This document shows, piece after piece, positions 25,101-37,731 of a stretch of 64,000 nucleotides of DNA; within the stretch, counting starts at the first letter, position 1, and every line of letters starts with the position of its first letter. Source of the DNA: Squalus acanthias. Its lineage: Eukaryota. The stretch spans positions 154,754,001 through 154,818,000 of the forward strand of contig CM059431.1 of assembly GCA_030390025.1 (NCBI GenBank), given 5' to 3'. The notes under the pieces were generated by a model, which saw nothing but the letters and a program-made list of their open reading frames with translations, ran no database searches and was not told the DNA's origin. Position numbers and translations under genes: made by a program.

Positions 25101-28100
25101 CACTTCCGCGGGCTTTCTCCAGAGGCCAGTGTCGGGAGCGGAGAGAGCAGCAGCACAGTGATTAGTTAAACACACTTTCGTGGGCATTTTACAGAGGCCA
25201 GTGTCGGGAAAGGGCCCTTGAGTATATCATTTAATTGAAGTGAAATTGGTGGGATTCATTTAATTTAATTTTAATTAATTAATTAAAGGATTAGTCATGG
25301 CAGGAGAGCTCCGCCCCGTGATATGCTCCTCCTGCTTTTTGTGGGAAATCAGGGACGCTTCCGGTGTCCCTGACGACCATGTGTGTGGGAAGTGTATCCA
25401 GCTGCAGCTACTGATAGACCGCATTGCGGCGCTGCAGCTGCGGATGGATGCATATTGGAGCATTCGCGACGCTGAGAACGTCGTGGATAGCCCTTTTAGC
25501 GAGTTGGTCACACCGCAGGTAAATGGTGTACAGGCAGGAAGTGAATGGGTTACCACCAGGCAGAGTAAGAGGTGCAGGCAGTTAGTGCAAAGGTCCCCTG
25601 TGGACATCCCCCTCTCAAACAGATATACCACTTTGGATACTGTTGGTGGGGATGACTTATCAGGGGAAGGCAGCAGCAGCCAACTTCCTGGCACCATGTG
25701 TGGCTCTGCTACACAGGCTGGGAGGAAAAAGAGTGGAAGAGCTATAGTGATAGGGGATTCAATTGCAAGGGGAATAGATAGGCGTTTCTACGGCCGCAAA
25801 CGAGATTCCAAAATGGTGTGTTGCCTCCCTGGTGCAAGGGTCAAGGTCGTCTCGGAGCGGCTACAGAACATTTTGGAGAGGGAGGGTGAACAGCCAGTTG
25901 TCGTGGTGCACATAGGCAGCAACGATATAGGTAAAAAACGGGATGAGGTCCAAAAAGCAGAATATAGGGAGTTAGGAGGTAAATTTAAAAATAGGACCTC
26001 AAAGGTAGTAATCTCATGATTGCTACCAGTGCCACGTTCTAGTCAGAGTAGAAATAGGAGGATATTTCAAATGAATACGTGGCTAAAGGAATGGTGCAAG
26101 TCGGTGAGATTCAAATTCCTTGGACATTGGAACCGGTTCAAGGGGTGGTGGGACCATTACAAATGGAACGGTCTGCCCATGGGCAGGGCAGTGACCGATG
26201 TCCCCGGGGGGTGTTTGCTAGTGCTCTTGCTGGAGGGTTTAAACTATAGAGGTTTGGGAAACTGAGCACTGAGAGAGAGGAAGGGGAAACAAGCATAAAA
26301 GCAAAAGACAGGGAGGAGAAAAACAAAAGTAGAAGGCAAAGAACTCAACGGTTCAAATCAAACATGGTCACAGTAAATAATAATTGATATAGGTCTGAAG
26401 CGTTAAAAACACACGCCTGAATGCTTTGTGTCTAAATGCAAGGAGCATTCGGAACAAGGTGGATGAATTAGCTGCAAGAATATAAGTTAATGAATACGAT
26501 TTGATTGGGATTACAGAAACATGGCTTCAGGGTGACCAAGGCTGGGAACTCAACATCCAGGTGTATTCAATATTTAGGACAGATAGGCAAAAAGTAAAGT
26601 GAGTTGGGGTAGCTTTGCTGGTTAAAGAGGGGATTAACACAATTGAAAGGAAGGATATTAGCTCTAATGATGCGGAATCTGTATGGGTAGAACTGAGGAA
26701 TAACAAGGGGCAGAAAACGTTACTGGGAGTGGTATATAGACCTCCAAACAGTAATACGGAGGTTGGGGACGGCATTTAAAGGGAAATTAGAGAAGCATGC
26801 AGTAAGGGCACAGCAGTCATCATGGGTAACTTTAATTTACATGTAGATTGGGCTAACCAAATTAGTAAAAATATTGTGGAGGAGGAATTCCTAGAATGTT
26901 TACGGGATGTTTTTTTGGAACAATATATCGAGGGCCCAACCAGAGATCAGGCCATATTAAACTGGGTATTATGTAACGAGAAAGGACTAATTAGCAATCT
27001 TGTTGAACGTTGCCTCTTGGGTCAGAGTGATCATAATATGATAGAATTCTTCATTAGGATGGAGCGTGAAGTAGTTGAATCAGAGACTTGGGCCCTGAAT
27101 TTAAGTAAAGGACACTACAATGGTATGAGGCGCGAATTGGGTCGGATTGATTGGGGAATTTCACTCAAAGGGTTGACGGTGGATAGGCAATGGCAAACAT
27201 TCAAAGACTGCATGAATGAACTACAGAATTTGTTCATCCCAGTGTTGCATAAGATAAAACAAAAAGGCTGACTCATCCGTGGCTAACAAGGGAAATTAGG
27301 GATAGCATAAGATCCAAGGAGAGGGCATTTAAATTGGCCAGAAAAAGCGGAAAATCTGAAGATTGTGTGCAGTTCAGGATTCAACAAAGGAGGACAAAGG
27401 GATTAATTAAGAAAGGGAAAATAGAATATGAAAGTAAGCTTGCAGGGACCATAACAACTGACTGTAAGAGCTTTTATAGATATGTGAAGAGAAAAAGGTT
27501 AGTGAAATCAAGTTAGGTCCCTTGCAGTCAGAAGCGGGGTAAGTTATAATGGGGAACAAAGAAATGGCTACCAATTAAATTAATATTTTGATTCTGTCTT
27601 CACAAAGGAGGACACAAATAACCTCCCAGCGATGTTGGAGAACATAGGTTCTGATGAAAGGGTGTAAGAGAAAGAAATCAGCATTTGCATGGCAATGGTG
27701 TTAGGGAAATTGATGGGATTGAAGGCCGATAAATCCCCAGGGCCTGATAATCTGCATCCTAGGGTACGTAAGGAAGTGGCCGTGAAATAGTAGATGCATT
27801 GCTGATCATCTTCCAACATTCGATGGAATCTGGAACTGTACCCATGGATTAGAGGGTAGCTAATGTTACAACACTATTCAAAAAGGGTGGTAGAGAGAAA
27901 GCGGGGAATTACAGACTGGTAAGCCTGACATCGGCAGTTGGGAAAATGCTAGAGTCCGTTATAAAGGATGTAATAGCTGAGCACTTGAAAAACAGTGACA
28001 GGATCGGACAGAGTCAACATTGATTTACAAATGGTAAATCGTGCTTTACTAATCTACTGGAAATTTTTGAGGATGTAACTGGGAAAATAGATAAAGGAGA

Positions 28101-29313
28101 ACAAGTAGATGTGGTGCATTTGGACTTACAAAAGGCTTTCGATAAGGTCCCGCATAAGAGATTAGCGTGTAAATTTAAGGCACATGGGATTGGGGCAAGG
28201 TATTGACTTGGATAGAGAACTGGTTGTCGGACAGAAAGCAGTGAGTAGGAATTAATGGTTCTTTTTCCGAGTGGCTGGGAGTGACTTGTGGGGTATCGCC
28301 GCGATCGGTCCTTGGAACCCAGCTATTCACAATATACATTAATGATCTAGTTAAGGGAAATAAATGTAATATCTCCAAGTTTGCAGATGGCACAAAGCTG
28401 GGTGGGCGTGTGTTCTGCGCGGAGGATACCGAGAAACTCCAGGATGATTTGGACAGATTGGGTAGGTGGGCAGAAGCGTGGCAGATGCAATATAACGTGG
28501 ATAAATGTGAGGTTATCCACTTTGGTGTCAAAAACAGAAAGGCAGACGATTATCTGAATGGCAATAGTTTGGGAGAAGGGGAAGTGCAACGAGACCTGGT
28601 TGCCCTTGTGCACCAGTCGCTGAAGGTAAGTATGCAGGTGCAGCAGGCGGTGAAGAAGGCAAATGGAATGTTGGCCTTCATAGAGAAAGTGTTTGAGTAT
28701 AGAGATAGGGATGTCCTGCTGCAGTTGTACAGGGCCTTGGTGAGACAACACCTTGAGTACTGTGTGCAGTTTTGGTCGCCTTATCTGAGGAAGGATGTTC
28801 TTGCCATGGAAGGAGTTCAGCGATGATTCACAAGGCTGATAGCTGGGATGGCTGGAATGACATATGAGGAGAGATTGGGACGATTGGGTTTATACTCGCT
28901 GGAGTATAGAAGAATGAGAGGGGATCTCATCGAAACACATACAATTCTGAGAGGTCTGGACAAACTAGATGCAGGAAGAATGTTCCCGATGGTAGGAGAG
29001 TCCAGAAACAGGGGTCATAATCTAAGGGTAAGGGGTAAGCCATTTCGGACATAAATGAGGAAGAATTTCTTCACCGAGAGAGTGGTGAACGTGTGGAATT
29101 CTCTACCACAGAAGTTAATTGAGGCCAATTCATTAAATATATTTAAGAATGAGTTAGATATATTTCTTAAACCTAAAGGTATCAAGGGATATGGGGAGAA
29201 GGCAGGTACAGGGTACTGAGTTTGGATGATCAGCCATTATCTCATCGAATGGCGGAACAGGCTCGAGGGGCCGAATGGCCTACTCCTACTCCTATCTTCG
29301 ATGTTTCTATGTT
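25101..29313 (+). mobile_element. Near full-length CR1 LINE (5'UTR, ORF1, disrupted ORF2, tail)
   Basis: Repeated 5' motif 'cagaggccagtgtcggga'; ORF1 from 25297; ORF2 remnants GITETWL, YRPP, SDH and FADGTK with many stops; 'tgtttctatg' tail. Confidence 0.95.
25297..26265 (+). pseudogene. CR1 ORF1: Cys/His finger, coiled coil and SGNH esterase-like domain
   Basis: CSSC...HVCGKC, heptad leucines, IVIGDS and VHIGSND; premature TGA at 26017-26019 and decayed C-terminus. Confidence 0.9.
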
Positions 29314-29811
29314 AGCAGCATTTTCCCAACAACAGATGTTAGGCTAACTTGTTTATAGTTTCCTTCTTTCTGCCACCCTCTTTCCTTTAATAGGGGTGTT
29401 ACATTAGCGGTTTTACAAACGGCTTGTACCTCTCCAGAATCCAGGGTATTTTGGTATATTGCAACCAATGCATCCACTATCTCTGCAGCCACTTATTTTA
29501 AGACCCTGGGATGCAGGCCATCTGATCGAGGGAAATTAACGTCGTTTAGTCCCATTATTTTACCCAGCACTATTTCCCTAGTGATAGTGATTGTCTTTAG
29601 TTCCCCACTCCCTGGCCACTTGATTTTCCATTATTGGGATGTTGTTAGTATCTTCTACAGTGAAGACAGATGTAAAATATTTGTTCAGAGTCTCTGCCAT
29701 TTTCACGTTCCGCATTATTAATTCCCCAGTCTCAGCCGCTAATGACCAACTTTTACTTTAGCTACCCTCTTCCTTTTGATATACCTGTAGAAGCTCTTAC
29801 TATCTGTTATA

Positions 29812-32418
29812 ATGTTTCTTGCCAGCATTCGTAACAAAATAGACGAGTTAATGGCACAAATAACTACATATGGTTATGATATTGTGGCCATTACAGAAAC
29901 ATGGCTGCACGGTGACAATGCCTGGGAATTAAACATACCAGGTTATTTAACGATCAGGAAGGACAGGCAGGAAGGAAGGGGAGGTGGGGTGGCTATGTTA
30001 ATAAAGGAAGGGATCACTGTAATAGATAGTAATGATATTGGGTCAAAAAATCATGATAATGAAACAGTTTGGGTGGAGATAAGGAATAATAAGGGGAAAA
30101 AAACACTAGTGGGCGTAGTCCATAGGCCTCCGAACAGTTGCAACTCTGTTGGACGGAGTATCAATCAGGAAATAGTTGAGGCATGTAATAAGGGAACATC
30201 TATAATTATGGGGTATTTTAACTATCATATTAATTGGACAAATCAAATGGGGCAGGGCTGCCTTGAGGATGAGTTCATTGAGTGTATTATGGATGGGTTT
30301 CTTGAGCAGTATGTAACTGAACCGACCAGGTTGCAAGCAACCTTAGATCTGGTCCTGTGTAACGAGACAGGATTAATTAAAAATGTCCTAGTAAAGGATC
30401 CCCTTGGAATGAGTGACCATAACATGGTTGAATTCCATATTCAATTAGAGGGTGAGAAGGTTGGATCTCAAGCAAGCGTGCTAAGCTTGAATAAAGGAGA
30501 CTATGAAGGTATGCGAGCGGAATTGAGTAGAGTGGATTGGGAAAATAGATTAAAGGGTAACACGACACATGATCAGTGGTGTATATTCAAGGAGTTATTT
30601 TACAACTTCCAAAAAAAATATATTCCACTGAAAAGAAAAGGGTGTAAAAGAAAGGACAGTCATCCGTGGCTAATTAAAGAAATTAAGGATAGTATTCGAC
30701 TAAAAGCAAGGGCATATAAGGTAGCGAAATCTAGTGGGAGGACAGAGGATTGGGAAAACTTTAAAAGGCAGCAAAAAATAACAAAAAGATTGATTAAGAA
30801 AGGGAAGATAGATTGTGAAAGTAAATTAGCAAAAAATATAAAAACAGATAGTAAGAGTTTTTATAGTTATATAAAAAGAAAAAGGATGGCTAAAGTAAAT
30901 GTTGGTCCCTTTAAGGATGAGACCGGGAAATTAATGGTGGGAAATATGGAGATGGCAAAAACACTGAATGAATATTTTGTATCAGTCTTTACAGTAGAGG
31001 ACACTAAGAATATCCCAACACTGGACAAACAGGGGGCTATAGGGGGAGAGGAGCTAAACACGATCAAAATCACTAAGGAAGTGGTACTCGGTAAAATAAT
31101 GGGACTCAAGGCGGATAAATCACCTGGACCTGATGGCTTACATCCTAGAGTCTTGAAGGAACTGGCGGTAGGGATTGTAGATGCATTGGTAATAATTTTT
31201 CAAAACTCACTGGATTCCGCTAAGGTCCCGGCAGACTGGAAAACTGCTAATGTAACACCCTTATTTAAAAAGGGCAGTAGACAGAAGGCTGGTAACTATA
31301 GACCGGTTAGCCTAAAATCTGTGGTAGGTAAAATTTTGGAGCCCATTATTAAGGAAACAGTAACAGGACATTTGGATAATCATAATTTAAAACGACAAAG
31401 TCAGCATGGTTTTACGAAGGGGAAGTCATGTTTGACAAATTTGCTGGAGTTCTTTGAGGAAGTACCATATAGAGTGGATAAAGGGGAACCAGTAGACGTA
31501 GTGTATTTAGACTTCCAAAAGGCATTTGACAAGGTGCCACACAAAAGATTATTGCTTAAGGTAAAAAATCACGGGATTGGGGGTAATATTGTGGCATGGA
31601 TAGAGGATTGGCTATCTAACAGAAAGCAAAGAGTTGGGATAAATGGTTCATTCTCAGACTGGCAATCAGTAACTAGTGGTGTTCCACAGGGGTCAGTGCT
31701 GGGTCCCCAACTCTTTACAATCTATATTAACGATTTGGAGGAAGGGACCAAGTGTAACATACCAAAATTTGCAGATGATGCTAAGATGGGAGGGAAAGTA
31801 GTGAGTGAGGAGGACATAAAAAACCTGCAAGGGGACATAGACAGGCTAAGTAAGTGGGCAGAGATTTGGCAGATGGAATACAACACTGGAAAGTGTGAGG
31901 TGATGCACTTTGGCAGGAAAAATCCTAGAGCAATTTATTATCTTAATGGCAAGAAACTGGAGGGTACTGAAGTGCAAAGGGATCTGGGGGTCCTGGTGCA
32001 CGAAACTCAAAAGGTTAGTATGCAGGTGCAGCAAGTGATTAAGAAGGCAAATGGAATGTTGGCTTTCATTGCTAGGGGGATAGAATATAAAAATAGGGAG
32101 GTATTGCTTCAGTTGTACAAGGTATTGTTGAGACCGCACCTGGAATACTGCATACAGTTTTGGTGTCCTTACTTAAGGAAATACATCCTTGCTCTCGAGG
32201 CAGTGCAAAAAAGGTTCACTCGGTTAATCCCGGGGATGAGGGGGTGGTCATATGAGGAGAGGTTGGGTAGATTGGGACTCTACTCATTGGAGTTCAGAAG
32301 AATGAGAGGCGATCTCATTGAAACATATAAGATTGTGAAGGGGTTGGATCGGGTGGATGCGGGGAGGATGTTCCCGATGACGGGTGAGACTAGAACTAGG
32401 GGACATAGTTTAGAATAA
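29812..32418 (+). CDS. CR1 ORF2, APE endonuclease plus reverse transcriptase (868 aa open, probably inactive)
   Basis: AITETWL, GYFN (normally GDFN), SDH, NYRPVSL, YLDFQKAFD, PQGSVLGP and FADD. The ATG comes from flanking host CR1 sequence, and there is a frameshift near 32412. Confidence 0.9.
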   Translation: MFLASIRNKIDELMAQITTYGYDIVAITETWLHGDNAWELNIPGYLTIRKDRQEGRGGGVAMLIKEGITVIDSNDIGSKNHDNETVWVEIRNNKGKKTLVGVVHRPPNSCNSVGRSINQEIVEACNKGTSIIMGYFNYHINWTNQMGQGCLEDEFIECIMDGFLEQYVTEPTRLQATLDLVLCNETGLIKNVLVKDPLGMSDHNMVEFHIQLEGEKVGSQASVLSLNKGDYEGMRAELSRVDWENRLKGNTTHDQWCIFKELFYNFQKKYIPLKRKGCKRKDSHPWLIKEIKDSIRLKARAYKVAKSSGRTEDWENFKRQQKITKRLIKKGKIDCESKLAKNIKTDSKSFYSYIKRKRMAKVNVGPFKDETGKLMVGNMEMAKTLNEYFVSVFTVEDTKNIPTLDKQGAIGGEELNTIKITKEVVLGKIMGLKADKSPGPDGLHPRVLKELAVGIVDALVIIFQNSLDSAKVPADWKTANVTPLFKKGSRQKAGNYRPVSLKSVVGKILEPIIKETVTGHLDNHNLKRQSQHGFTKGKSCLTNLLEFFEEVPYRVDKGEPVDVVYLDFQKAFDKVPHKRLLLKVKNHGIGGNIVAWIEDWLSNRKQRVGINGSFSDWQSVTSGVPQGSVLGPQLFTIYINDLEEGTKCNIPKFADDAKMGGKVVSEEDIKNLQGDIDRLSKWAEIWQMEYNTGKCEVMHFGRKNPRAIYYLNGKKLEGTEVQRDLGVLVHETQKVSMQVQQVIKKANGMLAFIARGIEYKNREVLLQLYKVLLRPHLEYCIQFWCPYLRKYILALEAVQKRFTRLIPGMRGWSYEERLGRLGLYSLEFRRMRGDLIETYKIVKGLDRVDAGRMFPMTGETRTRGHSLE

Positions 32419-32850
32419 GGGGCTGCTCTTTCAAAACTGAGATGAGGAGGAACTACTTCACTCAGAGGGTGTTAGGTCCATGGAATATGCTGCCACAAAA
32501 AGCTGTAGAAGCTACATCATTAAATAAATTTAAAACAGAAATAGACAGTTTCCTAAAAATTAAAGGGCATTAAGGGTTACGGGGAGCGGGCAGGAATTTG
32601 GACATGAGTCTAGGTTCGGATCGGTCATGGCCCTGTGGGTAGTGGAGCGGGCCCAGGGTCCGTGTAGCCTGATTCTGCTCCTATTTCGTGTGTGCAATTC
32701 TGTTAGATGCAGGAGATGGTTCTGTGATAGTAGTAGATAGTAGATTGGCGGTTAGGATCAGATCAGCCATGATCTTACTGAATGGCGGAGCAGGCTCGAA
32801 GGGCCGATTGGCCTACTCCTGCTCCTATTTCTTATGTTCTTATGTTCTTA
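29827..32850 (+). mobile_element. Young CR1 LINE truncated at the start of ORF2
   Basis: Contains ORF 29812-32418, a double 3' module and (ttcttatg)n tail; same subfamily as 5241-6987. Confidence 0.97.
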
Positions 32851-34902
32851 CTCTCATAATTCATCTTCTCTCTCTTTATTATCTTTTTAGTCATCCTTTG
32901 CTGGTTTTTGAATATTTCCGAAACGTCTGTCAGCACTAGCTTGAAATATTAAATCGGGACCAAGAGGAAAATGCTCCTACAAAAATTCTGCTTTGCACGG
33001 GCCCTGGTATTAGCCCTCTATACACAGTGAAAGAAAATCTACCTCGACTTCTCTAAGAAAAAGTAGCAGGTGGATTTGACAGCAGCGCATGGACATCCGG
33101 TGAGATTACTCTTTTTGATGAAATTATATATCCGCCAGCATTTAAATTTAACCCAGTCATCCTCAAATTGTGTTTCGAATCTCTTCTCTTTCTGTTGTGC
33201 ATTCCTACTTATCTGAGACTGTTAACTCATATCTACGCCGGTGAGGTAAATTATATTCTAAATGGTACAGAAAGTTTCAGACTTTACGTCGTGTCCCCAT
33301 GAAAAATTTTAGATTTAATCTTGGTTCAACCACAGCTGTCCGTTTGCTTCCTTTTATAAACTTTCTATTACGCCTGAAGTTCTGTTTAACTCAATCCCTC
33401 TAACAGCGGTCCTTAAAGTGACCGCTGCAGACCGCCACAAAAATGTGAGTTTAAAAAAAATAACTGAGCTTGGAGCCAATAATGTCAGGAGTATTCCTCC
33501 AGGCTGCACATTAAAGGCTCGTGCCATTGCCGGACAGTACTTGCGATTACCTCGCTCCCTCGCCCGGTCGTGTCATCCCTTCTTCTAACAATCGTCGACG
33601 CCCTCTCCCTTCTAACGGCCCTTTCCGTCCTTCTATCGGTCACTCACCCTCCTCCCTCTTTAATAATCCATCCTTCCCGATCACTTCCCGCTCTCCCAGT
33701 CGGCCTAAACGTGACCGACGAAATTCAAATCATCATCGCCGCCAAGGTGCCTGGGAAAGCACTTGGCCGGTATAATATAAACGAGACACGAGGCCCAAAT
33801 AACGCATGTACCTCAGGCCTACAGTTTACGGCACGGGGATAGATGCCGCCGGAATTGTTTTCGTGTAATGTTGCAAAATTGCTGAAAGCCAATCGGCAGT
33901 ACTAGCGAATGAAGTCAATGTAAAATAAAATAAGGAGAGATGTTGAAGACGCTGCCCATTCGCTTTAGAACTTTTAAATTATCACGCAGTCACAATTACA
34001 GCTCCCCCCCTGCCCAGTTAAAGCCATTTGACGCGAACCAATTTCCTGAGCATTGTCGATAAATTGAGTGATTATGATACAAACACTCACGCTACAGTGA
34101 CGTAATGATGATGCATTATCTGCATGTATTAACCATTTATTCTATTACACCAGAGTACAAATTAGAAGATCCATAAAAGCATAAGCAGATAGGTAGATGT
34201 AAATGTAAACATAATGATAAATAATAGATAGATTTATAGTTAGAAAGACAGAGAGTTAATATATTCAGAATGATTATGAATTATTTGATTTTACCTCTTG
34301 GTTTTAGCAATTATTTTAATGCAGTGGAAGAGATTTCTAACTACATCTACCAAATAATCGTCAGCTGTTGTAAATATTGCTGCCAATCAGAACTCTGACG
34401 TTGTATTTTCATCCTCGCCTCTAGTGGTTAACTGTTGCATTGCATTTCAACGGACACTCCAAACTTCAATCTTATTCAGTTTCGCCCGTCAGTTTCCAAT
34501 TTTCTTTCCGGTTCCATATGTCTTGGCTCGGGAATTTGCGACTCTTCATCTATTTAAACTGATATTTAGTCTGAAGCATTGGAAGCGAAATTTACCTATG
34601 CTCCCAGCTTTCCTGTGTCTCCGGGACAAACATTTATAGATTATACATCAACTGTCCTGTTAATGTTTGTTCAGCGATTCCTGCTACCACTTCTCAGAGC
34701 TGTCTCATCAGATGTGTAGGACTTTTAATTTAATAACTCTCTCATCCCGATTATACAATTGTTTGTGAACTTAAAGAGGAAAACAGCTTTTTGGAACATT
34801 TCGACACCAATTTTAAATAAGTCATCCTTCCAAACACCTTATTGCTTTTGTTGTTTTCGCTTTTGCTATTATAATAGGCATCACGATTTTTCGCTACCAT
34901 AT

Positions 34903-37134
34903 ATGCAATGGAGAAGGATAGGGCCATACGGCAGGGAAGGGATTATAATTGGTGGAGGGGTAATTATGATGCGATTAGGCAAGAATTAGGGAGTATAAGA
35001 TGGGAACAGAAACTATCAGGGAAAGGCACAAACGAAAAGTGGAGCTTTTTCATGGAGCAATTACTGCGTGTCCTTGATAGGTATGTCCCTGTCAGGCAGG
35101 GAGGAAATGGCCGAGTGAGAGAACCATGGTTCACAAAAGAGGTTGAATGTCTAGTCAAGAGGAAAAAGGAAGCGTATGTAAGGATGAGAAAACAAGGTTC
35201 AGTTGGGTCGATTGAGGGGTACAAGGTAGCAAGGAATGAGCTAAAAAAAAGAGCTTAGGAGAGCTAGGAGTGGGCATGAGAAGTCCTTGGCGGGTCGGAT
35301 CAAGAAAAACCCCAAGGCTTTTTACTCTTATGTGAGAAATAAACGAATGACCAGGGTGAGGGTAGGGCCGGTCAAGGACAGTAGTGGGAACTTGTGCATG
35401 AAGTCAGAAGAGATAGGAGAGGTGATGAATGAATACTTTTCGTCAGTGTTCACCGAGGAGAGGGGCCATGTTCTTGAGGATGAGAGTGTGATAAAGGTGG
35501 ATAGGCTGGAGGTGGTAGATGTTCTGAGGGAAGATGTTTTAGCAATTTTGAAGAACCTGAGGGTCGATAAGTCCCCTGGGCCAGATGGGATATATCCTAG
35601 GATTCTTTGGGAGGCAAGGGAGGAGATTGCAGAGCCTCTGGCTTTGATCTTTGGGTCCTCACTGTCCACGGGGATGGTGCCAGAGGACTGGAGAGTGGCG
35701 AATGTTGTTCCTCTCTTCAAGAAAGGAAATAGGAATGACCCTGGTAATTATAGGCCGGTTAGTCTTACTTCGGTGATTGGTAAGATAATGGAAAAGGTCC
35801 TGAGGGATAGGATTTATGACCATTTGGAAAGGGGCAACTTAATCAGGGATAGTCAACACGGATTCGTGAAGGGTAAGTCTTGCCTAACAAATTTGATTGA
35901 ATTCTTTGAGGAGGTAACTAAGTGTGTAGATGAAGGTAGAGCAGTTGATGTCGTATACATGGATTTTAGTAAGGCGTTTCATAAGGTTCCCCATGGTCGT
36001 CTCATGAAGAAAGTAAGGAGTTGAGGGATAGAGGGAAATTTGGCCGATTGCATAAGTAACTGGCTATCTCATAGAAGGCAGAGGGTGGTGGTGGATGGAA
36101 CATTTTCGGACTGGAGACCAGTTACCAGCGGTGTGCCACAGGGGTCGGTGCTGGGTCCTCTGCTGTTTGTGATTTTTATCAATGACTTGGAGGAGGGGAC
36201 TGAAGGGTGGATCAGTAAATTTGCTGATGACACCAAGATTGGTGGAGTAGTGGATGAGGTGGAGGGCAGTTGTAGGCTGCAAAGAGACATTGATAGGTTG
36301 CAGAGCTGGGCCGAAAAATGGCAGATGGAATTTAACCCTGATAAGTGCGAGGTGATTCATTTTGGTAGAGCAAATTTGAATAAGGATTACAGGGTCAACG
36401 GCAGGGTTCTGAGGAACGTGGAGGAGCAGAGGGATCTGGGGGTTCATATCCACAGATCTCTGAAGTTTGCCACTCAAGTGGATAAAGCAGTCAAGAAGGC
36501 CTATGGTGTGTTGGCGTTTATTAACAGAGGGTTTTAGTTTAAGAACCGTGAGGTTATGCTGCAACTGTACAGGACCTTGGTGAGACCACATTTGGAATAT
36601 TGTGTGCAGTTCTGGTCACCTCACTATAGGAAGGACGTGGAAGCATTGGAAAGAGTGCAAAGGAGATTTACCAGGATGCTGCCTGGTTTGGGGGGGAGGT
36701 CTTATGAGGAAAGATTGAGGGAGTTGGGGCTTTTCTCTTTAGAGCGGAGGAGGATGAGAGGCGACTTAATAGAGGTTTATAAGATGATGAGGGGGATAGA
36801 TAGAGTGGATGTTCAGAGACTATTTCCTCGGGTAGAGGCAGCTGTTACAAGGGGGCATAACTATAAGGTGCATGGGGGGAGATATAGAAGGGATGTCCGA
36901 GGTAGATTCTTTACTCAGAGAGTGGTTGGGGTGTGGAATGGACTGGCTGCTGTGATAGTGGAGTCGGACACTTTAGGAACTTTCAAGCGGTTATTGGATA
37001 AGCACATGGAGCACACCAGAGTGATAGGGAGTGTGATAGCTTGATCTTGGTGTCGGACAATGCTCGGCACAACATCGAGGGCCGAAGGGCATGTCCTGTG
37101 CTGTACTCTTCTATGTATCTATGTATCTATGTAT
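34903..37134 (+). mobile_element. 5'-truncated CR1 LINE of a different subfamily
   Basis: ORFs 34908-35258, 35287-36024, 36040-36537 and 36556-37044 are consecutive ORF2 pieces; (tctatgta)n tail. Confidence 0.96.
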
Positions 37135-37559
37135 AGTACCAATATTCCCAATTGCAACCTGCATGTTTAGAACTTTATCTCGATTTCTCGGCAAATTACC
37201 CCCTATTCTACTTTAGGGTTAACATTACTGCATATGCCGATAATCCTGATAATTTCGGATCACTTTGCTCATCACGTTCAAAAAATCATAGCAAGATACA
37301 GCGCATAAGGAGGCCATTCGTCCCGTCTGGCTGTATGAAAGAGTTATCCAATTTGTACCATTCCAGCTGTCATGCCAGTTTGTTAATTTTCTACCTGATG
37401 TAATGGCCAACAAACATCTGTAAAGTATATTGGGAAACAAAAAACCGTGAACTTCTCCCGATAATATAAGCTACTCGCACGTAAACTTTGCTGGGTACCG
37501 CGTGGAAATGTGTTCAATCGCAATACAACTGGGTGATTTAATGAAGATTTTGTTTTCAG

Positions 37560-37731
37560 CAAATTAGACAACTTGCGGGAAAGAATCGCAGAAAGGATGC
37601 TGCTAAACTCCTTCTCGATATGGTGTTAGAAAAAGGAAAGAGGGCAAAACGTATAATGGGTGACGAGTTTCAGAAACTGCAAAACATCAATCCAAAGCTG
37701 AAAGAACTATTGGAAGCAATACAGAGATCAG
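37560..37731 (+). CDS. Exon B1: C-terminal half of a death-fold/CARD-like module (NLR-type, inferred)
   Basis: 'ttttgttttcag|' to '|gtacag', 172 nt, open, phase 0->1: QIRQLAGKNRRKDAAKLLLDMVLEKGKRAKRIMGDEFQKLQNINPKLKELLEAIQRS. 23/57 residues identical to exon B2 without gaps. Confidence 0.8.

Larger units (their letters stand above)
23739..32920 (-). mobile_element. Host CR1 LINE split into three pieces (23739-25100, 29314-29826, 32851-32920)
   Basis: Tail at 23739; ORFs 23942-24391, 24521-24760 and 29307-29492. The RT sequence resumes across both insertions. Confidence 0.9.
23395..33099 (+). pseudogene. Possible decayed phase 1-1 exon split by the CR1 nest (parts 23395-23738 and about 32920-33099)
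   Basis: Acceptor 'tcttag' and donor 'ccg|gtgaga'. One frame runs through the left part with two stops. Internal repeat TDSSTVTS / FDSSAWTS on either side of the insertion. No recognisable protein family. Confidence 0.25.

Noticed and set aside
33407..33444. 38-nt phase 1->0 micro-exon candidate
   Set aside because: It appears embedded in repeat-like sequence and has no similarity to exon A.
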